A stretch of DNA of 64,000 bases from an uncultured Prevotellaceae bacterium (GTDB lineage Bacteria > Bacteroidota > Bacteroidia > Bacteroidales > Bacteroidaceae), in assembly GCA_900313615.1 (NCBI GenBank), contig OMRP01000016.1:7505-71504 (forward strand), written 5' to 3'. Below, one piece after another: positions 52,936-61,251 of this stretch (the stretch's first letter is position 1; every line of letters starts with the position of its first letter). Under the pieces are notes generated by a model, which was not told where the DNA came from, ran no database searches, and worked only from the letters and a program-made list of their open reading frames with translations. A program made the translations under genes and the position numbers.

Positions 52936-53019
52936 ATATAATGAGTTATAAATATTATCAAAGTAAAGAGTCCTATTATTAATTAGCAAAGTAATTCGGC
53001 ATGGAAAAAGTTGTGGGGG

Positions 53020-53061
53020 TTATTCCCCCAACAACTTTTTTAAGATTTCTCGGAGAGTACC
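53020..53061 (-). pseudogene. Last 13 codons of a hicA-like gene, cut by repeat 5
   Basis: Translates to GTLREILKKLLGE*, upstream of hicB. Confidence 0.6.
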
Positions 53062-53157
53062 GTTTAAAACGGTTTGGGTTCAGGTGGTATTCGAACCGGA
53101 ATTGCTCCAATTCTTTGGACACCTTCAGTTTACTTTGTCTCTCCATCGCCACACCAT

Positions 53158-53343
53158 TTAAAAGCCCATAGCATCCATCATCGCATCGTATTCCATAGGA
53201 TTACTTGGCATGTCACCATACATGCCGTCAGTCAGCGCATCCCAGGAATCCTCTTCTGTCCATTCGTAGCCACCTTCATTGTAGCTTTCGCACTCGTAAT
53301 CATCGTACTCTTCATAAGAGTCATCATAATAATCTCTTGCCAT
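53158..53343 (-). CDS. Very acidic 61-aa protein (cassette 5)
   Basis: D/E/Y-rich with a single basic residue; only gene in a 301-bp cassette. Confidence 0.75.
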   Translation of the reverse strand: MARDYYDDSYEEYDDYECESYNEGGYEWTEEDSWDALTDGMYGDMPSNPMEYDAMMDAMGF

Positions 53344-53562
53344 AATCTTTTGTTTTTAATCGTTATTACTCTTATTTCTTTACCAAAACACTCTGGGCGT
53401 TTAAAACGGTTTGGGTTCAGGTGGTATTCGAACCCAAAAGTACTTTTTTTCTGAATTATTGATTAAAATGGTTATGTTAATATAGTATTTTAACCTCAAT
53501 GCCTGTCGGTGTCTTAGTTGTGGTTTTATTGAATACGCGATGTTGCATATCTTATATCTTTG

Positions 53563-54168
53563 CTATGTGATATAAAGCATTCGGTATTTCAATCGCGCAC
53601 TATGACACTTTGGGCAGTACAGCGGGTCATCATTTCCTTTTAGTATGTCTTCCTCCTTATTTCTGATTATTGAGCCACATTTTGGACAGACGAAATCTTT
53701 ATCAGACTCTCCAAACGTATGATATTGTTTACTCTCGTTGTGTTCTATAACGAATGCATGGCAGTTAGGGCATTGCCTGCCAATATCACATGACACCGCA
53801 CCATGAACGAAACTTATAATATCCTCATGGTAACCACAGTCGCAACATTCAATCTTTCCCGCGCCACCCATTTGGGAAAAACAGAGATAATGTTCATCCG
53901 GTTTCAAACCCAATTTCTTTTTCAACATAATTTCCTCTTTATCTTTTTTCTTTTCTTCTCTTGTTTTCTTGTATTTGCTAACTGCTACATTAATTAAAAT
54001 TACAGGTAGGAACACGGTTGCGAAGGGTGCCGTAATCAGAAGAGTCAACCACTGCTTAAACGTTGTTTTCTCTGAATCCTTGTTCTTCTTGTTATTATAG
54101 ACCCGAATGCTGATGGTTAAAACAAGACTTATAAACCAATAGATGAGTACATAATGAATCCAATTCAT
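53563..54168 (-). CDS. Two-TM protein with four CxxC zinc-ribbon motifs (cassette 6)
   Basis: CCDC, CPNC, CPKC, CPKC; own TATATTTG promoter. Confidence 0.75.
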   Translation of the reverse strand: MNWIHYVLIYWFISLVLTISIRVYNNKKNKDSEKTTFKQWLTLLITAPFATVFLPVILINVAVSKYKKTREEKKKDKEEIMLKKKLGLKPDEHYLCFSQMGGAGKIECCDCGYHEDIISFVHGAVSCDIGRQCPNCHAFVIEHNESKQYHTFGESDKDFVCPKCGSIIRNKEEDILKGNDDPLYCPKCHSARLKYRMLYIT

Positions 54169-54292
54169 AGTTTTCCCTTCTGTATTGTTTAAGATTAAAA
54201 TGGTTCTGTTACTTATAGAAACTTTGCAAATATAAACATAATAATCGACACAAACAAAATAAATGGGCAAAAGCCTAAAATATGGCACGGAT

Positions 54293-54583
54293 TTATAAAA
54301 ACACTTCCATACCATTGAGGTTATCATAGACCAGCCCGGAGCCGTAGCAGACCTCCGCATTGAAGAGCTGGCACGTCGAAAGTGTCTCGTCGCTTTCTAT
54401 GAGGTCGAGGACACGGAAAGGCAGATTGTTGTCGCCTCCCCACGGCATATAGGCGAGGTTTTTGTCAACGATGAAGGGAGCGGTGTCCTCCGATTCACGG
54501 AAGACTTCGGAGGAGTTGACCGTAAAAGCAGCACTTGCTTTGAGGTCGGGGATGAGTTCTACGCTGTTAAAAGAAAAATCCAT
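54293..54583 (-). pseudogene. N-terminal fragment of a phage portal protein (cassette 6)
   Basis: PWGGDNNLP...DETLSTCQLFNAEVCYGSGL; ends after ~90 aa. Confidence 0.65.
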
Positions 54584-54649
54584 AACTTTGTTTTTGATGC
54601 AAAGTTATGGATTGGTATGTGATGGGGAAAAGACAATAACTATAGACTA

Positions 54650-55099
54650 TTAGTCATTGTCGATGTTCTTTAACATGAAAAGGCACCTTCCTTTTCTATA
54701 GTCTTTAGGTGACAATCTCTTTTTACAATCAAACGCATTTTTATAATCGACAACGTCCCATTCCCATGCTTCCTGCATGATATATTTTTTATCGTATAAA
54801 ATCCATATAAGTTTATCCCACTCATAGTTGGTTGCTTTAGGAGCCATTGTCACGAAGCTACCAGGCTTTCCACTGGGACGATTGGCTTTTACTTGGTATC
54901 TTATGCCATTGAAGACAAAATCAGCCCCCTTGCTAACAGCGGTTTTGTCTTGCATATATTCAGAATATTGGTCTTCAGACATTCCTATGAGCATTGCAGC
55001 ATCATACTCTGAAAGAGAACTGGTAATCGATGGTGATACTCCAAATTTACTTTGCCATGCTAAAGCAATTTCAACAAGATTATCTCTAAGCATATACAT
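54650..55099 (-). CDS. PD-(D/E)XK-like nuclease-fold protein (cassette 6)
   Basis: SEYDAA...GADF...YQVK. Confidence 0.55.
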   Translation of the reverse strand: MYMLRDNLVEIALAWQSKFGVSPSITSSLSEYDAAMLIGMSEDQYSEYMQDKTAVSKGADFVFNGIRYQVKANRPSGKPGSFVTMAPKATNYEWDKLIWILYDKKYIMQEAWEWDVVDYKNAFDCKKRLSPKDYRKGRCLFMLKNIDND

Positions 55100-55225
55100 T
55101 ATTTTTAAGTTTAAAACGGTTTGGGTTCAGGTGGTATTCGAACCGACGAGTATTTTTATCTTAAAAGTTACGGGATTTGGCATGTCGTGTCCTTTTTTTT
55201 TATTATATTTGCAAAAAAAACAAGA

Positions 55226-55501
55226 ATGAAGTTAAAGAAACGAGGTAAGAAACTCTTCGCCTACCTTTTAGTGGCACTGCTCTCTTTTCCGGTGGCATTG
55301 ATTTCATGGTGCTCATCTTGGTATGATGTATGTACCGTAAGTCTCATTATTTTCGTTTTTTCTGTAGTCAAAAGTATCTGTATATATTTGGCCAACTTTT
55401 ACGACAAATACGGGCTTTTGAGCAGGCAAGGGCCAGACACACTGTTCGAATACGAGCCGGGCGACAAAGAGTATGAAGAAGAGAAGAAATGGCAGCGATA
55501 G
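55226..55501 (+). CDS. Small two-TM protein (cassette 7)
   Basis: 91 aa, own promoter; TAG stop is completed by the first G of repeat 8. Confidence 0.75.
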   Translation: MKLKKRGKKLFAYLLVALLSFPVALISWCSSWYDVCTVSLIIFVFSVVKSICIYLANFYDKYGLLSRQGPDTLFEYEPGDKEYEEEKKWQR

Positions 55502-55579
55502 TTTAAAACGGTTTGGGTTCAGGTGGTATTCGAACCCTGAATTTTTTTGGAGATTAAAAAAATTTGTTTATCGTTTGCA

Positions 55580-55653
55580 ACGAGGATTCCGTAGCTAATG
55601 ACTACCGATTCTTCGCCAGAATGAGGAATGAGCAATCATTCCTCAAACTTTTT
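55580..55653 (+). ncRNA. Candidate sRNA, two hairpins (cassette 8)
   Basis: Stem with 7-nt CUAAUGA loop; perfect 10-bp tgaggaatga-gcaa-tcattcctca hairpin plus U-tract. Confidence 0.5.
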
Positions 55654-55725
55654 ATAGAACACAAATGATATGGTGGAGTTGAATTTCGTTCATTTTGTTG
55701 TATTTTTGCAGTAAAAAAATCAGTT

Positions 55726-56160
55726 ATGACTATTATATCCAACTCCGAAGACAGCAAAACAACATTTCTCGAGCTAATAAATCAGAGAAGAGCTTTGAAC
55801 AACGAACTGTCAGTTGTGCTTCGCCATTACACAGGCATATCGTCCACTCTACTTGCTCTATTGGCTGTGTTTGGTGATATAGCTTCGTTTTCCCTTCCAG
55901 TAAGGATTCTGATTTCAGCGAGTATGACGTGTTTACTTTCATCTGTTCTGTCGGGAGTGTGGTGCTGTATGGCAGTTTATCTAACACGCGAAAGAGCCAT
56001 GGGAAGAGTTCTCGAACAGCTGAGGACGAAAGCCGGAAATGCTCAAGGGTCAGTATCTCCCCCTTTCGGATTCTCCTTTTTTGTGCGATTCTGCCCCACC
56101 ATGTTGTGCTTGGGCGTTCTATTCTTATGGCTGAGCGCCATGTTTTTGTTGTTTTTTTAA
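55726..56160 (+). CDS. Three-TM membrane protein (cassette 8)
   Basis: 144 aa, hydrophobic segments, TATTTTTG -7 element. Confidence 0.7.
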   Translation: MTIISNSEDSKTTFLELINQRRALNNELSVVLRHYTGISSTLLALLAVFGDIASFSLPVRILISASMTCLLSSVLSGVWCCMAVYLTRERAMGRVLEQLRTKAGNAQGSVSPPFGFSFFVRFCPTMLCLGVLFLWLSAMFLLFF

Positions 56161-56223
56161 TGCTTTCTTCCATTTTTTTTGTGTTTTTTATTTGGAAGTT
56201 AAAATATTTTGTTTATCTTTGCA

Positions 56224-56290
56224 GTTGGAATAGCATCAGGGTTGAGCCTTGGATTGTAACTCCAGGTAGTTCTTCCTTTTTGCTATTTCT
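56224..56290 (+). ncRNA. Candidate sRNA with a tRNA-anticodon-like hairpin, convergent on the MuF gene end (cassette 8)
   Basis: TTTG-N19-TATCTTTG promoter; CTTGGA-TTGTAAC-TCCAGG; closing gaatagca/tgctattt stem. Confidence 0.5.
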
Positions 56291-56954
56291 TTTTTATGTA
56301 TTTCTTTATTTCTTCTGGATTGTCAGAAATGGAATGGAGGACGTATTCTCCCCAGTCCCACTCCCAAACAATTATACATTGTTCATCCCCTTTTACCTTA
56401 GTGGAGAAAATATGACTTTGCTTTAATTTTGGCTTTTGGTTATGAGGCGGAAGTGTCGATGGTCCCAGGTATTCACACTCTTTTTCTTCAAACACTTCAT
56501 TTATACGTAGTAGCATCTTGTTTTTTTCTTGATAGTGTTTGTTGGGTTGGTTGGTCCATTCTGTTATTGATGCTCTTGATATATTTATAGGATGGGGAAA
56601 TTTCGATGTGTTGATAGAAGTCCCCTGTAGTGGTTTGGCTTGTTTCCTTGTCTGCTTGGCATCAGCATTTGCTAATGATCTGACAATCCGGCATGCTGCA
56701 CACAGTTCATTCTCGGGCACGAAAGCGAGGTTGACTTTTCCCTGTGCGATGTCGCAGTCTCGGCAACGTCGTATGGTGTATGGGTTGTAGTCCGGAATAG
56801 TCTTCTGCTCTATGCCTGGATTGAAGTGGAAGATGCCCTTGTTGTCCTTTCCGGTTGCCGCCTCTCCGAGTGCCATTGCCTCGTCGTGCGGGGTCACGGG
56901 ATACTTTGACTTGCGGACCTGGACAACAGTGCATCGGCAGTTCCAGCCGTTTGG
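56283..56954 (-). pseudogene. 3' fragment of phage head morphogenesis protein (MuF) with C-terminal extension, cut by repeat 9
   Basis: Begins PNGWNCRCTVVQVRK directly at the repeat. Confidence 0.8.
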
Positions 56955-56990
56955 GTTTAAAACGGTTTGGGTTCAGGTGGTATTCGAACC

Positions 56991-57151
56991 GTGAGTATGG
57001 CCCTTCCCTGGTTCCTGACAGGCGACTTTCGTCGCTGCCAAGCCTGGGAGAAGAAGGCCTGACGTTCGAAGTTCCGGTCGAACTCGTCGGTGAGTTCTAC
57101 CTGAATGTCGCGGAGGATGTTTTTTATTATTTTCTGAATATTTTCGGGCAT
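56991..57151 (-). pseudogene. 5' fragment of phage virion morphogenesis protein (Mu gpG-like), cut by repeat 9 (cassette 9)
   Basis: DIQVELTDEFDRNFERQAFFSQAWQRRKS. Confidence 0.72.
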
Positions 57152-57188
57152 TTTGTTTGGAGGTTAGGGATTTCTTTGTATCTTTGCA

Positions 57189-57275
57189 GTGTCCTTAGTG
57201 ACTACCCGCTGAGTATGCGTGGGGATTGGGCTTTATCGTACCGTCCCATTTGGCTGTCTTCGGATAGCCTTTTTT
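57189..57275 (+). ncRNA. Candidate sRNA with promoter and terminator (cassette 9)
   Basis: TTTG(57156)-N19-TATCTTTG(57179); ggctgtc-ttcg-gatagcc-T6 terminator; no ORF inside. Confidence 0.55.
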
Positions 57276-57425
57276 ATTGTTCGATACGTTTTCTGAACTC
57301 CTTGTAGAACGTTCTCTTCATAACAAAGTTCCTTTCCACAGACACCATCTTTTTCCCAACTGCTACCAGCACTTCCAGTGCCTCGTTGTTAGCCTCGAAG
57401 TATTGTTTGATTTCTGTGGCCATTC
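57274..57425 (-). pseudogene. 3' end of an upstream phage gene (probably a MuF extension), cut by repeat 10
   Basis: 49-aa tail MATEIKQYF...FRKRIEQ*; upstream of the virion morphogenesis gene. Confidence 0.45.
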
Positions 57426-57483
57426 GTTTAAAACGGTTTGGGTTCAGGTGGTATTCGAACCATTAAAAATGAAATAAGTCATT

Positions 57484-57729
57484 TTAATCGCTACTACTAT
57501 AAAACGCAGCACTCTTTTGTGTGTTGCCATCTCCATCTCCCCATCCACCATGGTAAATCATCCATATAACATACTGAATAGGGAAAGTGATAATCGGAGT
57601 AAACAGACAAGTCAATATGATAAACAAAAAACCACGAAACCATGTACTGGGCCACCATCCTTTACAATAAAAAAGGAAGAGAGCCACCGTCAGCACAACC
57701 CCAACCAATATTGTCCAAAGCGTTTCCAT
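57484..57729 (-). CDS. METLW family copy E (cassette 10)
   Basis: 81 aa; upstream promoter region homologous to cassette 2. Confidence 0.8.
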   Translation of the reverse strand: METLWTILVGVVLTVALFLFYCKGWWPSTWFRGFLFIILTCLFTPIITFPIQYVIWMIYHGGWGDGDGNTQKSAAFYSSSD

Positions 57730-57860
57730 GATTTCTGATTGAAATAACTTCACCACAAAAATAATATTAATAATAATATTTTCCAAATTAATTCACCTTT
57801 ATTGTTTAAAACGGTTTGGGTTCAGGTGGTATTCGAACCTATCGGCATTGCGAACAATTC

Positions 57861-57940
57861 AGGTTGCCTGATTCATAGTTTGGGAACACGCTTTTTATAG
57901 TTGTTTCGGTGGCAGTAGGTTAACCGATTCATAGTTTAGG
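57861..57940 (+). repeat. Iteron-like direct repeats upstream of rep
   Basis: aggttgcctgattcatagtttggg / aggttaaccgattcatagtttagg (20/24 identical, 56-bp period). Confidence 0.5.
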
Positions 57941-57970
57941 CAATTATTATATGTATATACATACGTGCGT

Positions 57971-59239
57971 ATGGAGAAGAAACAAGGAATATCGAAAGAG
58001 GAAATGCGCCAGTTGGTGGAGTCGCATTCGTGGATCAAGTCGCCGTTCGCCTACACCAAACTGGGTGCCAACCTCTCGCTGGTGCAGCAGCAGTCGCTCC
58101 TCATGGTCAGCGACCATCTGCAGACGTATATCAAGGACTTCTACAACCTAAAACTGGATAAGTCGAAGAAGCGCCCCAAGTCGCTGTTCACGGAGCACCT
58201 TTTGAAGAACGGAATACCTCCGTTCCGCATCTATCTGGCCGACCTCGGTGTGCAGGCGGGCAACTACCGCGACGTGCGCAAGGCCATCAACGAAATGGCG
58301 GTGATGGTGGAGCACCCAGTGCTCGACGATGACGGCATCCCCACGGGTGAGACGGCCTTTAACCCGGTCTTCGAGGAGTTCAGGGTGAAAGAGACTGGCG
58401 ACTACTACCACTACGAGCGCGAGAATGAGGAGGGGCTGATGGAAATGGCGGAGTCGGTGCGGCACTATGGCTACATCGACGTGCAGATCAACCCGAAGGT
58501 GGCCGAGTGGGCTTTTGATATGTCGGCGGGATATGTGAACCATTTGAAACTGATAGCGCGTTATAGTACAAAGCGCCCCACGCCGCGCCTCTATCTCATG
58601 CTGATGCGGGCGATAGGGCAGGGGAAGAAACGGGTGCGCTACACGCTTCAGGAATTAAAGGAATACCTCGGTATCGTGCCCTACGTCAACGAGAAGGGCG
58701 AGACAGTGACACCTTACCCCAAGTTCGCCCACTTCCGCATCAAGGTGCTCGACGCGGTGCGCGACGACCTCGACCGCATGGCGAAACTCAACCAGACGGA
58801 CATCCGATTTGAGTATGATCTGATTTATCCCGGCAGCCGTAAGCGTGGCGAACCTGAATATATTGAGTTCAAGATTGAGCGCACTCAGTTGGGCGATGCG
58901 TATAATGTTATCGTCAATCACCAGCCGTCTGAGATAAAGCAGCAACCCCGTCAACAAGAACTTTTTATGGAAGAGTATAAAGAGAAGTTTAAACAGTGCT
59001 TGGCAGAAATGGCTGAAAAGGTTGAAGATGACAGTGTAAAAGCGAAATTGAAAATGATGCAGTTTGAGCATTTCGACACAACCAAGAAGGTGCTTTACAT
59101 TCAACTGCCCGACTCCGACTATTACCAATGGATAGAGAGCGACAACGTAATCCGATTCGTATGGGGACATCTTTCCAAGCATTTCGGGAAAAGCATCCAG
59201 CTCCAATATAGGCTGTTGAAAAATTCACCGAAACCGTGA
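57971..59239 (+). CDS. Rep_3/RepB-like replication initiator (cassette 11)
   Basis: RLYLML, TLQELKEYLGI, YPKFAHFRIKVLD winged-helix pattern. Confidence 0.8.
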   Translation: MEKKQGISKEEMRQLVESHSWIKSPFAYTKLGANLSLVQQQSLLMVSDHLQTYIKDFYNLKLDKSKKRPKSLFTEHLLKNGIPPFRIYLADLGVQAGNYRDVRKAINEMAVMVEHPVLDDDGIPTGETAFNPVFEEFRVKETGDYYHYERENEEGLMEMAESVRHYGYIDVQINPKVAEWAFDMSAGYVNHLKLIARYSTKRPTPRLYLMLMRAIGQGKKRVRYTLQELKEYLGIVPYVNEKGETVTPYPKFAHFRIKVLDAVRDDLDRMAKLNQTDIRFEYDLIYPGSRKRGEPEYIEFKIERTQLGDAYNVIVNHQPSEIKQQPRQQELFMEEYKEKFKQCLAEMAEKVEDDSVKAKLKMMQFEHFDTTKKVLYIQLPDSDYYQWIESDNVIRFVWGHLSKHFGKSIQLQYRLLKNSPKP

Positions 59240-59312
59240 CAACCTGTACCAAATGTTAAAATCGAAAAGGGTATATTTGCATCGTAAACGAATATATCCT
59301 TTTTGATTTTTT

Positions 59313-59594
59313 ATGAGCGAGGAAAACGAAAAGAAATCTCCGACCCTTGATGATTTCATCATCACCGAGAAGGTGGATGCCTTCTGCAAGCAGTATCGCC
59401 CGGTCAAGGAACACACCTTCGCTACCGAGGCTTTCAACGAAGAGCGGCTGCGTGAGTTCTTCAAGGCTTACGAACTGTTCTCGCAGGGCGACCCTTTGAA
59501 GGTGTATATCGACGAGCTGGCCGCACGCGACTATCACATGTCCGTATCGGTATATGGCGAGCCAGCTATTATAGTGGAGGAAAAATTCGACTGA
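59313..59594 (+). CDS. Phage hypothetical protein (cassette 11)
   Basis: 93-aa ORF with TATATTTG promoter. Confidence 0.65.
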   Translation: MSEENEKKSPTLDDFIITEKVDAFCKQYRPVKEHTFATEAFNEERLREFFKAYELFSQGDPLKVYIDELAARDYHMSVSVYGEPAIIVEEKFD

Positions 59595-59628
59595 CATCTA
59601 TCAAACCAATCAAAATAATTGTATCAGC

Positions 59629-60456
59629 ATGGCAAAATATTATTATGAGTTTCCTTTCGACAGCAAGGAGGGCAGGGCACTGGCAAAGTTCCACCACGCC
59701 TGCGTCAACGCCGAGCGCATGGCGGAGAAGTATGCGAAAGGTATGGGGGCGGTGTCTTATTATACAAGCCCGCATTACTTCACCGGCGGCGTGGAATACT
59801 TGGTCTTCGCAGATCCCAAGAAGGTGAACACCGACATCTGGAGGCTGGCCAACAAGACTAAAGACGGCGAACAATGGTGGGAACCTAATGTGGAGAAAGT
59901 GGCGGGGTGCGTGAAGGCGCGTGAGAATTTCACGCCATCAGACGTGGCCGGGCGCACTTATTCCAAACGTCCCAGCACATGGGACGAGGTGCGCAGGACG
60001 TACACTCTGGACGAATGGCTGGCTTTCATAGGATTCAAGACATCCGGCGACAAGGAGATAGACAGCAAGGCCATAGTGGGCTTGTTGGGCGACAAGCAAT
60101 TCTACAAGTACATCGACATCATCCCGAATGCCGCTCCCGTGGCGGGCAGGAAACGAAGTCGTGACGGGTCTAAAGCCGTGACCGCCGAGCAGGAGCGGAT
60201 GAAACTGCCGGTCGTCAGGACAGAAGACTTTTACCAGATAGTTCATGCCCACAACGTAGCCGCCGAAAACGAAAAAGAAGGAAAGCCCCTGAAGGTGGAT
60301 GAGAGCACGCCTGTGTTTTTCGCCCATGCTGGGAAGTGGAACATCGGGCTTGACCGTCTAATAGACTGCGGGGATTATGACGGCTTCGCGGAAATCACCG
60401 CAGGGATGTTCACGGCAAGGAAAAACTTCATGCTGCGAGAATTGAATAGGAAATAG
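59629..60456 (+). CDS. Phage hypothetical protein (cassette 11)
   Basis: 275-aa ORF. Confidence 0.65.
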   Translation: MAKYYYEFPFDSKEGRALAKFHHACVNAERMAEKYAKGMGAVSYYTSPHYFTGGVEYLVFADPKKVNTDIWRLANKTKDGEQWWEPNVEKVAGCVKARENFTPSDVAGRTYSKRPSTWDEVRRTYTLDEWLAFIGFKTSGDKEIDSKAIVGLLGDKQFYKYIDIIPNAAPVAGRKRSRDGSKAVTAEQERMKLPVVRTEDFYQIVHAHNVAAENEKEGKPLKVDESTPVFFAHAGKWNIGLDRLIDCGDYDGFAEITAGMFTARKNFMLRELNRK

Positions 60457-60475
60457 AAAACGGCAATTCTCCCAA

Positions 60476-61126
60476 TTACCGTTTGTTGGGGTTTACGTGT
60501 GGGCGCGGAGCGTCTCCGTAATCTGCCACACCTTCGGGGCTGTAACCGCTATAGGAAGACTGGCGCCCGCCTTGCGTGAGTGCCAGTCTTATTGTTTGCA
60601 TCCCGTCGCTCACCATGTCCTTGTATTCGTCTATCCGAGCTTCATATTGGCTGATGCGCTCTTCGTATTGCCGGCGCATATCATCTTCACGCTCCTGATA
60701 TTCTCTTCTAAGCTGTGCCTCTTTCTTCAGCTGCTCGTCTTTTATCCGTTGAATCTCCTGCATGTGGTCAATTTTCATTTGCAGGATTTCCATCTGCGAT
60801 GTATTATCTTTCTCGTTCTTTTCATTTTTCGTCGCTTCGCTTTGCAGCCGTTCATCCCCTCGCACTGAGGCGCGATGTGCCGTTTTTGGAATGACTGTCG
60901 CCGGACTGTCGCCGTCAAGAAAGAACTCCGAAAGGTCTATGTCATAAAGATTGCAGAGCAGCACCATTTTTTCTACTGGCAGAGGATTGGTCTTGTCCTT
61001 CATCCATCGTTTCAGGCTCACATTATTCACCTCCAGGTCTTTCATAAGTTGGGTGAGTTTTAGCCCCGACTTCTCGAACCACTGTCCAAAGAAATCGGCG
61101 TTGTACGAATACTTTTTCATAATCAT
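60476..61126 (-). CDS. XRE/CI-like HTH repressor with coiled-coil C-terminus (cassette 11)
   Basis: LTQLMKDLEVNNVSLKRWM...LLCNLYDIDLSEFF; divergent overlapping promoters upstream. Confidence 0.72.
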   Translation of the reverse strand: MIMKKYSYNADFFGQWFEKSGLKLTQLMKDLEVNNVSLKRWMKDKTNPLPVEKMVLLCNLYDIDLSEFFLDGDSPATVIPKTAHRASVRGDERLQSEATKNEKNEKDNTSQMEILQMKIDHMQEIQRIKDEQLKKEAQLRREYQEREDDMRRQYEERISQYEARIDEYKDMVSDGMQTIRLALTQGGRQSSYSGYSPEGVADYGDAPRPHVNPNKR

Positions 61127-61251
61127 TCTGGTTTATGTTTGACAAATGCTTTTCTTAAAAAATGTTTATCTAATCAAAATAAATAATCATTATAGATTGA
61201 TATTTATTTTAGTTTCGTACTTTTGCAACAAAGTTACAAAATATCAATGAA

